From the NCBI GenBank assembly GCA_965223335.1, contig OZ244991.1, forward strand, positions 1,408,001-1,472,000: 64,000 nt of DNA, in the 5' to 3' direction. Shown piece by piece: positions 49,492 to 59,562 of the stretch. How positions within the stretch are numbered: position 1 is the first letter of the stretch; each line of letters opens with the position of its first letter. The notes beneath the pieces were generated by a model. That model searched no databases. It saw only the letters and a program-made list of their open reading frames with translations, and had not been told where the DNA came from. The position numbers and the translations under genes were made by a program. Source of the stretch: Thermodesulfobacteriota bacterium (GTDB taxonomy: Bacteria > Desulfobacterota_D > UBA1144 > Nemesobacterales > UBA2774).

Positions 49492-50154
49492 ATGTCTGAA
49501 GAAACAAACACACCCAACAACAATACAAAGATAAACACGGTTGATCAAACTGAGGCTTTGGATCGGGGCCGTAATGATTCCCAAATCCCCGACGATATGT
49601 CGTCGCTCGAGAGTCTTGTTACAACTATTGATCGTGAGATGGCGCATGTCCACGGTGTAATGGGAATGGGGGAATTTGCCGAGCCGCTCGAGACGGTTGA
49701 TTTAAGAGACCGATACATTGTGTTTAGCACTAACAATGTTAAATACGCTGTGCACATTAAAAACGTTATAGAGATAGGTAACGTCCCGGCGATTACCACA
49801 ATACCTAACAGTCCCAGCTGGCTAAGAGGAGTCACTAACATTAGGGGCGATATTATATCTGTGATTGATCTTACAAGGTTTATGGGCGAAGATCGCGACG
49901 CACCGAGCAGTTTAGATGCCGGTAAGATAATTGTGGTAAGTCTTGGGGAGGATGAGCTGACTACAGCTCTACTTGTAGACCGCGTTAACAACATGCTTAG
50001 CATTGAAGACGAAGGGTTGATTGAGCCCTCGGCTCCTATGGATAACCGGCTAGCTCCCTACCTGGACGGAGTGTATAAAGACGGCAGCGAGCTCTTAATA
50101 ATCCTAAACTTAGAGAAGTTTCTGCAGTCGAGTGATATACGCCAGTTCGACTGA
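49492..50154 (+). CDS. cheW: CheW/PilI-like coupling protein
   Basis: ITTIPNSPSWLRGVTNIRGDIISVIDL, LLVDRV. Confidence 0.9.
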   Translation: MSEETNTPNNNTKINTVDQTEALDRGRNDSQIPDDMSSLESLVTTIDREMAHVHGVMGMGEFAEPLETVDLRDRYIVFSTNNVKYAVHIKNVIEIGNVPAITTIPNSPSWLRGVTNIRGDIISVIDLTRFMGEDRDAPSSLDAGKIIVVSLGEDELTTALLVDRVNNMLSIEDEGLIEPSAPMDNRLAPYLDGVYKDGSELLIILNLEKFLQSSDIRQFD

Positions 50155-50331
50155 TCTGTGCTCGGATAGGGCGTACGATAAAATCCAACTTGTAGATAAT
50201 ACACTTAAATATAGTTAGTTTGGCAGATTGAATTCAGTCCATAGCAAGCTAACTGCGCTGCTTAGTACGTTGGTGTAGTTATAATAAACCGGTTTTTGGT
50301 TAATATTGCCGGGTGGTCTAAAAGGGATTAA

Positions 50332-50694
50332 TTAAATCATTCTTTCAACTGTACTGGCAAGGTTCTCGGGTGTGAAGGGTTTTGTAATATAGCCGTCAGC
50401 ACCCTGTTTCTGTCCCCAGAATTTGTCGGTTTCCTGATTCTTGGTAGTTACCATGATGATTTTGATGTCCTGTGTTTCAGGTGCTCTCTTAAGCTCGCGG
50501 CACACCTTGAAACCGTCTTTGCCGGGCATAACCACATCGAGGAGAATAAGATCGGGGTGATTGCCTGTGGCAATTTTGAGCGCTTCTACCCCGTTGGATG
50601 CGGTGAGTAGGGTGTATCCCTTGCCCTCAATCGCATTCCTCATCAGCTTAAGTTCTGTTGGGCTGTCATCTACAATCAATACTGTTTTGGACAT
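50332..50694 (-). CDS. Single-domain response regulator, PilH-like
   Basis: VDDSPTE, DVVMPGKDGF, TTKNQETDKFWG.KQGA, TKPF. Confidence 0.88.
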   Translation of the reverse strand: MSKTVLIVDDSPTELKLMRNAIEGKGYTLLTASNGVEALKIATGNHPDLILLDVVMPGKDGFKVCRELKRAPETQDIKIIMVTTKNQETDKFWGQKQGADGYITKPFTPENLASTVERMI

Positions 50695-50761
50695 CTGGTG
50701 TTTCCTCCGAGAAAATCGACATTATATATAGAAATTATATTACATCAATAATTATCTCGCT

Positions 50762-50830
50762 TCGGGTATTAGTACAGAATTTTAACTGTTCACAGGTACA
50801 GTGACAAACCTGTACTAAAGTACAGGTTTG
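50762..50830. promoter_or_regulatory. Operator array with a perfect 12-2-12 inverted repeat
   Basis: CAAACCTGTACT-AA-AGTACAGGTTTG at 50805-50830; GTACAG recurs at 50772, 50796 and 50820. Confidence 0.6.
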
Positions 50831-50925
50831 AGGTTGCTGCTCAGGTGATTTGAGTGTGTATGGATTTCTGTTACGATCATAATTATATATAGGGTAATGC
50901 ACAGGCTCGTAGCTCCGTAATTGTA

Positions 50926-51561
50926 TTACAGAGAAATAATGCCTCTGTGGGCGGCTTTTGTTACAGCCTCTGTTCTGCTCTCCGCGTTTAGTTTCTGCAG
51001 TATAGAGCTTATGTGGAATTTGACGGTCCTCTCGGTTATAAACAGTTTTCCTGCGATCTCTTTGTTGGAGAGCCCTTTTGACAGCAGATGGAGCACATCC
51101 AGTTCACGTGGAGTCATATGTCCGTAGTCGTCGCTTACCTGTTTCATAAGTTTGGAGACTACATCCGATTGCAGTGAGGACCCGCCTCTATATACCGTAC
51201 GTACTGCGTCAAATATCTCTTCGCGGGGCGCACCTTTTAATAAATACCCCTTTGCGCCAGCTTTAACGGCGGATATGATTCTCTCGTCTGTGTTGTATGC
51301 GGTAAACACGATCACTTTAGTGGTGGAATCGGATTTTTTTAAACGTTTTATGATCTCGACCCCATCCATCTCGGGCATCTCAATGTCTAGCAAAAGGATG
51401 TCGGGATTACTTTTTTCAACCCTATTTACAACCTTATCACCTTGGGCTACTACATCAACGATTTTGAAGTCTTTCTGAGTCTCTAGTATGGTTCTAAGCC
51501 CCTCTCTGACAATAGGATGATCGTCTGCTAGCAGGATTCTTATTTTTTTCTTCGGGGGCAT
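50926..51561 (-). CDS. NarL/LuxR-family response regulator
   Basis: ADDHPIVREG, DIEMPEMDG, TPRELDVL...GLSNKEIA..LFITERTVKFH. Confidence 0.95.
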   Translation of the reverse strand: MPPKKKIRILLADDHPIVREGLRTILETQKDFKIVDVVAQGDKVVNRVEKSNPDILLLDIEMPEMDGVEIIKRLKKSDSTTKVIVFTAYNTDERIISAVKAGAKGYLLKGAPREEIFDAVRTVYRGGSSLQSDVVSKLMKQVSDDYGHMTPRELDVLHLLSKGLSNKEIAGKLFITERTVKFHISSILQKLNAESRTEAVTKAAHRGIISL

Positions 51562-51981
51562 ATCAACAAATATTATACATGATTAATTTGTATTCGATTA
51601 TCGTTGGAGATATACATTCGGTAGCAGATAATTTGGATTTATAATTTTAACATCGATGGTATCGAAAAGCTCGCTTGTGTCCATAAAAAAACAATGAGCA
51701 TGAAATCTATCTGATTTGCAAGGATATGGTTCAGTATGCAGCCTATTGCGTCTAATTATTATTAGTATATAATTATAATTAGTGTTTAATAATTTCAATT
51801 GATTATTTTAATTATGTAGATAGAAACGTAAAAAATTTTTTTATGTTTATGCATAAAGATTGAGTAGTTAGCATGATCTTCATCTGTTTGGGTGGATCTT
51901 AATAAATAAAAAATAAGGGTTTATCAAAGTTGTTTTGAGTGTATTATTAAAAGTATACAAAGGGTTATTGAAGAGGGTCGG

Positions 51982-52704
51982 ATGAAACGTACTACAAAGC
52001 AAAGCAGCACAAATTTGAGTAATAAAAGCAAGGTCGCTAAGAAAAAGTCGACAAAAAAAAGCACAAGGAGTTCCCCCATGAAAAACGGTGAGGATAACAA
52101 GGTTAGTTTTATCAGTGAAAAATCTGCAACCAACGCTAAAGACGCAACAACAAAGTCTCAGATCGGAGCTGAACTTGCTGGGGGTTTGGGAAGTGTTGAT
52201 AAGATAAGAGATATTTTGTTCGGGGCGCAGATGCAGGACTATGAAAAAAGGTTCGTCCGCCTTGAAGAGCGCCTAATGCAAGAGTCTCAAAGCACAAAAG
52301 AGGATCTAAAAAAGAGGTTCGACAGTCTTGAGAAATATATGAAAAATGAAGTGGAGTCTCTTTTGGATAAGGTCAAATCAGAGCAAAATGAGAGGACCGA
52401 CTCAGTAACAGACATCTTGCGTCAGATAAAGGACCTCACCAAAACCTTTGAGAAAAAGACAGGACAGATTAGTGATAGGGTGTCCAACAATCAGAGAGAA
52501 GCGCGCAGCCGCCTGCTTGAAGAATCCAAGAGCTTACGAGAAGAGATAGCCGAGAACCATAATCTTCTTAGCGAGAATATGAACAATGTTGTAAACGAGC
52601 TTCGTCATGATAAGACCGACAGAGTAGCATTGGCCAATCTCCTAACAGAGATGGCACTTAGATTAACCGACGAATTCAAGATCCCTAGTTCAAAGGATAC
52701 CTAA
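51982..52704 (+). CDS. Coiled-coil protein (true start may be further downstream)
   Basis: VDKIRDILFGAQMQDYEKRF and KTDRVALANLL flank a heptad-rich body. Confidence 0.75.
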   Translation: MKRTTKQSSTNLSNKSKVAKKKSTKKSTRSSPMKNGEDNKVSFISEKSATNAKDATTKSQIGAELAGGLGSVDKIRDILFGAQMQDYEKRFVRLEERLMQESQSTKEDLKKRFDSLEKYMKNEVESLLDKVKSEQNERTDSVTDILRQIKDLTKTFEKKTGQISDRVSNNQREARSRLLEESKSLREEIAENHNLLSENMNNVVNELRHDKTDRVALANLLTEMALRLTDEFKIPSSKDT

Positions 52705-52706
52705 GA

Positions 52707-54476
52707 ATGGGTAAAGGCCCCTCTACTCAGGAGACCGAACAATATAAAGAAGCTACAAAACAATTACCTGAAAACGATTTAGAAGAGCTTCGTAGTTTAA
52801 TCCTAGCACCTGAGCAGGAGAAATTAAAACAGCTAGAGCTTAGACTAGATACCCCGGACCAACGCATAGACGATATAAGCACTGTATTACCCGAGGCTAT
52901 TAGGCGCAGGTCATCCCAAGATTCATCACTTACCGATGCACTCATGCCTATGGTAGAAGAGGCAATCTCAACATCTACCAGAAACGATCCCAAGAGAATT
53001 GTGGACGCAATATTCCCCATTATGGGCCCGGCCATAAGGAAAGCCGTGTCTAATGCCCTTGGGGAGCTAACGGATTCTATTAACCGGATTTTGGAGCAGA
53101 GCCTGTCTCTAAAGAGTATTAAATGGAGATACGAGGCGTTTCGCACCGGGGTGCCGTACTCTGAGGTTGTTCTAAAACATACTCTGGTATACAGAGTTGA
53201 GCAGGTGTTTCTGATCCACAAGGACTCGGGGCTATTGCTCCAGCACCTAGTGGCTGACTCGGTGCAGGCCCTAGACGCCGACTTGGTGTCGGGGATGCTG
53301 ACTGCGATTCAAGATTTTGTGCAGGATTCCTTTAAGGTCGAGGGCGGCCAATCACTTGATAACTTTCGAGTAGGTGAGCTCAACGTGTGGCTGGAGCAGG
53401 GGCCCTATGCGGTCTTAGCAGCCGTGGTCAGGGGGCACCCCCCCGCAAAATTAAGGACGGTACTTCGCGATGCAATCGAGGCGGTTCACCTGGATAAGGG
53501 GCACATAATAGAGTCTTTTCAGGGTGATATGAGCGAGTTCGAGAGTACCCGTATATATTTAGAAAGCTGCTTGGCAAGTAAACTGAAAGACGAGAAGGAG
53601 AGGTCGTACGCTCTGCTTTGGGTGCTATTGTCCGCACTCGCAATCATACTTTTGGTTTGGTTTGCATTTTCATACCGTTCGAACCTAAGGTGGTCAAATT
53701 ATGTAGAGACTCTAAGGAGCGAGCCCGGGATAATTGTAACCTCTGCCGAGAAGCGGGGGGGGAAATATTACTTGACCGGTATGGTGGACCCAATGGCAGA
53801 GGATCCGAGTTCGTTTTTAGAAAAGGCCAATATAGAACCGGATGATGTGGTTGGGGCCTGGGAGTCGTACTACTCATTTACACCTGAATTTGTGCTGCCC
53901 AGGGCAACCGATCTCTTGGGAGCTCCCGAGACGCTTAAGTTTAAATTTGAGGACGGGGTGCTAAGCGCCAGGGGGGTTGCAAAGGATAGGTGGCTGGTTA
54001 GAGCCGAGTCTATAGCACGTCTTATCCCCGGTGTTATGAGCTACGATTTCAGCGAGGTCGTGAATAGCGATAGAGAACTGTTTGAGATGACTAAGAACGA
54101 AATAGAGGATATGAGAGTAAGGTTTATTGTAGGAACAACAACAATTGTCCCTGGGCAAAACAAGCTGTTGGATGAGGTTGTGACCAAGATCGGGGAGTTG
54201 AAGGAGCAGGTAAAGCTGTTGGACAAAAAGGTTGTAGTCGAGGTAAAGGGGCATACGGACAGCACGGGGACAGAAAGAAACAATATGCAGCTTAGCAAGG
54301 ACCGAGCAAATGTTGTGATGGAAGCGGTGAAATTAAGGGGTATAAGCCCAGACAACATAAGGCTCTTTGGGGTCGGTTCCACAGAACCGATCAGCGAAGA
54401 GACCGACGAGAAAAACAAAGCTCTAAATCGCCGAGTGTCATTCAGGGTTTTAGAAGAAGAACAGGAAGGAAATTGA
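52707..54476 (+). CDS. Membrane-anchored OmpA-domain protein
   Basis: Cytoplasmic domain, one TM, C-terminal GHTDSTG...LS.DRA...NRRV. Confidence 0.88.
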   Translation: MGKGPSTQETEQYKEATKQLPENDLEELRSLILAPEQEKLKQLELRLDTPDQRIDDISTVLPEAIRRRSSQDSSLTDALMPMVEEAISTSTRNDPKRIVDAIFPIMGPAIRKAVSNALGELTDSINRILEQSLSLKSIKWRYEAFRTGVPYSEVVLKHTLVYRVEQVFLIHKDSGLLLQHLVADSVQALDADLVSGMLTAIQDFVQDSFKVEGGQSLDNFRVGELNVWLEQGPYAVLAAVVRGHPPAKLRTVLRDAIEAVHLDKGHIIESFQGDMSEFESTRIYLESCLASKLKDEKERSYALLWVLLSALAIILLVWFAFSYRSNLRWSNYVETLRSEPGIIVTSAEKRGGKYYLTGMVDPMAEDPSSFLEKANIEPDDVVGAWESYYSFTPEFVLPRATDLLGAPETLKFKFEDGVLSARGVAKDRWLVRAESIARLIPGVMSYDFSEVVNSDRELFEMTKNEIEDMRVRFIVGTTTIVPGQNKLLDEVVTKIGELKEQVKLLDKKVVVEVKGHTDSTGTERNNMQLSKDRANVVMEAVKLRGISPDNIRLFGVGSTEPISEETDEKNKALNRRVSFRVLEEEQEGN

Positions 54477-54477
54477 C

Positions 54478-54972
54478 GTGATACAGAAAAAGGTATGTAT
54501 GTTGGGCGCTTTTGCAGTGGGGAAAACCAGCCTGGTTTCAAGGTATGTAAACAGTATATTCTCGGACAAGTACCTAACCACAGTGGGTGTGAAAATCGAT
54601 AAAAAACCCATAGTTTCGGGGGACAAAGAGGTCAATCTAATACTGTGGGATATTCATGGTGAGGACGATTTTCAAGAGGTTCCTACATCGTATCTCCGAG
54701 GTGCCGCGGGCTATCTGTTGGTAGTCGACGGTACTAGAAAAGAGACGCTAGATACAATTATCAAACTCAAAGAAAGGGCCAAGAGTGCTATTGGTGAGGT
54801 CCCCTATGTAGTGGTTATCAACAAATCTGACCTCGAGGACGATTGGGATATTAATGAGAATAATCTAGGTGAGAATTTTGAGGAATGTGAAGTGATTAAG
54901 ACAAGTGCTAAAACCGGTGAGGGCGTTGAGCAGGCATTTGCCGTTATAACCGAAAAATTACTAAGCGAGTAG
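54478..54972 (+). CDS. Rab/Ras-like small GTPase (Rup-type)
   Basis: G1 GAFAVGKT, G2 YLTTVG, G3 WDIHG, G4 NKSD, G5 SAK. Confidence 0.9.
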   Translation: MIQKKVCMLGAFAVGKTSLVSRYVNSIFSDKYLTTVGVKIDKKPIVSGDKEVNLILWDIHGEDDFQEVPTSYLRGAAGYLLVVDGTRKETLDTIIKLKERAKSAIGEVPYVVVINKSDLEDDWDINENNLGENFEECEVIKTSAKTGEGVEQAFAVITEKLLSE

Positions 54973-54977
54973 GTGTT

Positions 54978-56531
54978 GTGAATCTTTCACCGCAGATACA
55001 AAACATTATTGAGGGATTTAATTTTACTGGCCGATCACTTGGGTTTTTGTTCATTGGCCGAGACGGGATGCTCTACGAATCGGGTGGAGAGCTTGAGAGG
55101 TATGGGGTAGGGAGTATCGATAAAACGAGACCTGTGAGTGAACAGGCATTTTTTCTCGAAGGGCTATTGCCGATCGATACTGATTTGATCCTGCCCTGTG
55201 TAACGATTAGCGAGGGGACTACGGTAGATATTCACATACTGCACAGCGACGAGGGGTACTGTGTGTTATTAATGGATGCGAATGCAAAAGAGAATACGCA
55301 GAGGTTGTTGCAGCAATCTAGAAACGAGCTCAGCCTGCTGCGCAGTAAACAATCGAAAGTGCCCGCAGCTGCCACGGATGAAACTACTGCCAATAATTCT
55401 ATCGAGGATGAGATTATGCAAGATTCTATTTTAGGAGACCTATTTAAGCTACTGGACATAGTGATAATGGAGTGCGAGGATAGCGACACTTTCAGAATCG
55501 TAGGTACTCCTCCCGAGTGGTTCACTGCTTTGTATCCTATATCTAAAGAACAAACCGAGGGTCTCAAGCCGCAGGAACAGTTTTTGTTTCTAGACAATTT
55601 TTTGATCGACGCCGTGGATTTTTGGCAGAATAATTCCGATAACATACTTAAGTCCGGACCTTGGCACGAATCCGATGTTTTTAAAAATGATTATTATCTA
55701 GAGGCGATTGCCCTTAGTATCAAATCTAAGAATATACTTTTGATAGAATTCTCCAGGATAAGCTATGGCGAGAAACACTCCATCATACAAAAGGCTAGAG
55801 AGACCAGTCTCTATTATAACAAGCTCGATAAGGAGATTGAGAAAAAAGAGGTTCTCATTAATACGATTCTCCACGATCTAAAAGGTCCTATGGCCGGGGT
55901 TAAAGGATACCTGTCGATACTAAACTCTGAACACCTCGCCCCTCTCAATACCGATCTAATAAGCATTGCGATGCAACAGTCCGAGAGAGTAATGGTAATG
56001 ATTGATGAGATCTCGGAGATCTTCTCGTCCGATATCAAAGGAATTGCCACATTCCATACAGATTTTGAACTATCGCCTAATATTGTTAACAGCACCAGAA
56101 AATCCGTTGAGGCTTACTACCCTGCGTTTTCACGCAAGAACGTATCGCTGGTCATGTTTCCGGATATCGATTTTAGCAGGGAATGGAAGGTTGTGGGCGA
56201 GGAGGTTCATCTCGAACGAGTTATATCTAACCTGCTCGAAAATGCACTGCGATACAGCCCGGAGAACTCCAAAGTCACAATCGATGTTGATGACCAGGGC
56301 GACCATATAATTTTTATTATTGATGACGAGGGGGCTGGGGTTGAGGCTTCGGTCTCAAAGAACCTATTTGAGAAATTCTCGCGAGGCTCTTATAAACCGG
56401 GCGAGGTGGGACTTGGTCTGTATTTTTGCAGGATCACTATTGAGCGTTGGGGTGGTGTTATAGGTTACGCTCCGCGCGATGAGGGCGGTTCGCGTTTCTG
56501 GTTCAGATTGCCTAAACCATCTTCTTCGTAA
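54978..56531 (+). CDS. Cytoplasmic sensor histidine kinase
   Basis: HDLKGP, NLLENALRYSP, DEGAG, GLGLYFC. Confidence 0.9.
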   Translation: MNLSPQIQNIIEGFNFTGRSLGFLFIGRDGMLYESGGELERYGVGSIDKTRPVSEQAFFLEGLLPIDTDLILPCVTISEGTTVDIHILHSDEGYCVLLMDANAKENTQRLLQQSRNELSLLRSKQSKVPAAATDETTANNSIEDEIMQDSILGDLFKLLDIVIMECEDSDTFRIVGTPPEWFTALYPISKEQTEGLKPQEQFLFLDNFLIDAVDFWQNNSDNILKSGPWHESDVFKNDYYLEAIALSIKSKNILLIEFSRISYGEKHSIIQKARETSLYYNKLDKEIEKKEVLINTILHDLKGPMAGVKGYLSILNSEHLAPLNTDLISIAMQQSERVMVMIDEISEIFSSDIKGIATFHTDFELSPNIVNSTRKSVEAYYPAFSRKNVSLVMFPDIDFSREWKVVGEEVHLERVISNLLENALRYSPENSKVTIDVDDQGDHIIFIIDDEGAGVEASVSKNLFEKFSRGSYKPGEVGLGLYFCRITIERWGGVIGYAPRDEGGSRFWFRLPKPSSS

Positions 56532-56750
56532 TACGCTTAGACAATAGTTGAATCAAAGTTTATATTGATAGCTCTATAATTTATAGCCAGCAGGTTATCA
56601 GAACACTTAGACATCTTAGTAGGGCTAAGACTGTCGTAAAACAAATAATTTTGACATTTTTTGTCAATCCCGACCGATTATCACTCTAGTCGTTCATATA
56701 TTATCTAATAATTGACATGAGTTAACAAACTCTCATGAGCCTGTATCCGG

Positions 56751-56766
56751 TGGCACGTCTTTTGCC
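56751..56766 (+). promoter_or_regulatory. Sigma54 promoter
   Basis: TGGCAC-GTCTT-TTGCC upstream of the MCP gene. Confidence 0.75.
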
Positions 56767-56826
56767 ATACTTTATATATAGATTCTAAATCTAATACAAG
56801 TTTTGTCATACAAAGGGGGTAGCATT

Positions 56827-59409
56827 ATGAATATTTTTAGGACCTTAAGGGGTAAGATGATAGCGGCATTTTTACTGCTAGCTATACTTCCTCTGGTTGT
56901 TTTGGGCGCGTTTTATTTTATGACAGCTTCCAAACAGCAAAACGAGAAAGCTTTTGATCAGCTAAGCTCAGTAAGTAAAACCAAAGAACTCCAGATCGAA
57001 GACCACCTAAGCGACCTAAGCAATCAGGTTGTGACATTCTCACAGGATCGAATGGTGGTAAATGCAATGAGTGATTTCAAGGATGCTTTCTCAAGTGTTG
57101 TAAATTACCACCTTGTTGCCGAAACCCCTGGAGAAAGTTACTCATCAACTAAAACCGCAAAGTATAGCCCTGAGGAACTCGGCTGGATGAAAGATGAACT
57201 GATCAAGTTCTATACCGAGGATTTCAGTGCAAAATACTCCGCGGAGGATGGCGGGCAAAAGCCCGAGCTAACAGACCTCTATGGCGAACTTAACAACAAC
57301 TCCATAGTTCTTCAGTATCTCTACATCGGGCAAAATGAATATCCCGCCGGGGAGAAAGCCGATCTTGACAATGCCGGCGACGGTTCCAATTACAGCAAGG
57401 TTCATGCCGAGTACCACCCGTTAATAAGGGAATATCTAGATAAGTTCGGATATAGAGACATCCTATTGGTTGATCCCTCTACGGGTAACGTTATTTACTC
57501 CGTATCTAAGGATATAAACTATGCAACATCTCTTACGGACGGCGCATTTGCTGACACCAACTTGGGTGAGGTTTTTCGAGCTGCAAACTCGTCGAGTGAT
57601 CCGAATTTTATAGCAATGACTGATTACGCACGGTTTGTGCCCTCTTACAATCAGCCGGCGAGTTTTATTGCATCGCCGATTTATAACGGCAGCCAAAAAG
57701 TAGGGGTGCTAGTCTTTGAGATGGATTTAAGTGCAATTAACTCTATAATGACAGAGAGTGTGGGACTGGGACGAAGTGAACAATCTTATATAGTAGGTCA
57801 AGACAAGCTCACGCGTAGCTCGTCCGATAAAGCAGGTGCCACAGTGCTAAGCCCTAAGAATAAAGTTGATACAGTAGCCAGCACAAGTGCTCTTAGCGGT
57901 AAATCCGGCAGCGGTGTGATAGTTAACTCCAAGGGCCAGAAGGTGCTTAGCTCCTGGGTTCCTGTCACTGTGTTTCAGTCACCGGATACAGAAACCCAAC
58001 CTATAAAGTGGGCAGTGATCTCGGAGGTAAGTGAGTCCGATGTACAGGCCCCTGTACGTAAAATGGGTTACGTGATACTAGGGGTGCTATTGCTTGTGAT
58101 CGCGCTAGTGCTGTTGGTGGGCTATCTGTTGTCTAAAACATTTACACGCCAGCTAAGCATCATAGCCGATGTATTTAGAAGGGTTAGCGACGGTGACTAC
58201 AAAGCAAGGGCAGATGTGGTGTCTGGAGATGAATTGGGCCAGATGGCCGTGTCGCTCAACAACACGCTTGACCTAACCGACAGCCTGGTTGAACAGGTGC
58301 AGGAACAGAGCGACGGCACACAGAAATCTATTATGAAACTCCTTGAGGAGGTAAGCGGTGTAGCTGAGGGTGACCTTACACAAGAGGCCGAGGTTACCGA
58401 GGATATGACCGGAGCTATTGCCGACTCGTTTAACTACATGATTGTGGAGCTTAGACGAATTATCGGTGATGTGCAGGATGCGACTCAAAACGTGGGTTCG
58501 GCTGCTACAGACATGCAGGCCGCTATGGAAAACCTAAGTCAGGGTAGTGACAGTCAGGCGGATCAGATTATCGACACCACCGCAGCTATTGACGAAATGG
58601 CAGCTTCTATTAAACAGGTGTCCGAGACTGCGACCATGTCGTCCACAGTTGCCCAGGAAGCTATGTTGTCTGCTCGCCAGGGCTCAGATGCGGTGGAGAA
58701 AACCATCCAGGGTATGGACGCTATTAGAGAACACGTGCAGGAAACATCCAAACGTATTAAACGACTTGGAGAAAGTTCACAGGAGATTGGTGAGATTGTA
58801 CAGTTGATTAGTGATATCGCGGACCGAACCAGTATCCTCGCACTAAACGCTTCTATTCAGGCGGCGATGGCCGGTGAGGCAGGGCGAGGGTTTGCCGTGG
58901 TGGCAGAAGAGGTTGAGCGACTTGCGGAAAGAGCAACAGAATCAACCAAACGAATCGATACCCTTATCAACTCGATTCAGACTGAGACCACCGAGGCTGT
59001 TACAGCTATGGAAGAAACCACTCAAGAGGTGGTAAGCGGTTCTGATCTGGCCACCGATGCGGGTACAGCGCTCTCTGAGATTGAGGACGTTTCTGTGAGA
59101 TTGGCTGAGCTTATTCAGTCCATTACACTCTCGGCACAACAACAGGCCAGGGGTTCAGAAGCGGTAACGCAATCAATGGCTGAGATCTCACAGATCACCC
59201 AGCAGACCGCGGCAGGTACGCGGCAGGCCTCTGTGACTATCGGAGAGTTAGCCGTGCTGGCCGAGAACCTACAGTCCTCAATTAGTGCATTTAAACTTCC
59301 CGAAACTAACGGACATGCTAAAACGCAAACTCTGGGGACGGAGGATGTTATCGAAGAGCCTAGTCCCGTTGATGAAGAGATAGATTTAGAGAATTTGTCT
59401 GATATGTAA
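56827..59409 (+). CDS. Methyl-accepting chemotaxis protein, PilJ-like
   Basis: Two TMs around a large periplasmic domain, HAMP, signalling hairpin [31 protein letters not shown]. Confidence 0.94.
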   Translation: MNIFRTLRGKMIAAFLLLAILPLVVLGAFYFMTASKQQNEKAFDQLSSVSKTKELQIEDHLSDLSNQVVTFSQDRMVVNAMSDFKDAFSSVVNYHLVAETPGESYSSTKTAKYSPEELGWMKDELIKFYTEDFSAKYSAEDGGQKPELTDLYGELNNNSIVLQYLYIGQNEYPAGEKADLDNAGDGSNYSKVHAEYHPLIREYLDKFGYRDILLVDPSTGNVIYSVSKDINYATSLTDGAFADTNLGEVFRAANSSSDPNFIAMTDYARFVPSYNQPASFIASPIYNGSQKVGVLVFEMDLSAINSIMTESVGLGRSEQSYIVGQDKLTRSSSDKAGATVLSPKNKVDTVASTSALSGKSGSGVIVNSKGQKVLSSWVPVTVFQSPDTETQPIKWAVISEVSESDVQAPVRKMGYVILGVLLLVIALVLLVGYLLSKTFTRQLSIIADVFRRVSDGDYKARADVVSGDELGQMAVSLNNTLDLTDSLVEQVQEQSDGTQKSIMKLLEEVSGVAEGDLTQEAEVTEDMTGAIADSFNYMIVELRRIIGDVQDATQNVGSAATDMQAAMENLSQGSDSQADQIIDTTAAIDEMAASIKQVSETATMSSTVAQEAMLSARQGSDAVEKTIQGMDAIREHVQETSKRIKRLGESSQEIGEIVQLISDIADRTSILALNASIQAAMAGEAGRGFAVVAEEVERLAERATESTKRIDTLINSIQTETTEAVTAMEETTQEVVSGSDLATDAGTALSEIEDVSVRLAELIQSITLSAQQQARGSEAVTQSMAEISQITQQTAAGTRQASVTIGELAVLAENLQSSISAFKLPETNGHAKTQTLGTEDVIEEPSPVDEEIDLENLSDM

Positions 59410-59415
59410 TTAAAG

Positions 59416-59464
59416 TATGTGGGGGAGAACGGTATATCCGTACATATCGTTCTCTACACTACAT
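59416..59464 (+). other. Intergenic stem-loop between the MCP and cheA genes
   Basis: GGAGAACGGTAT pairs with ATATCGTTCTCT (with G-U pairs); no clear U-tract. Confidence 0.4.
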
Positions 59465-59562
59465 CGCTATTTAGCCCGGTAATTGAATTTGGAATGTGAG
59501 CAATGAGATCGACAGTTTTGAATTTAAGACTCGAGAGATTCTCTCGGAGGTAGTTACTCGTT

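Noticed and set aside
51598..51798. 66-aa ORF in the AT-rich intergenic region
   Set aside because: No RBS or motif; likely regulatory DNA.
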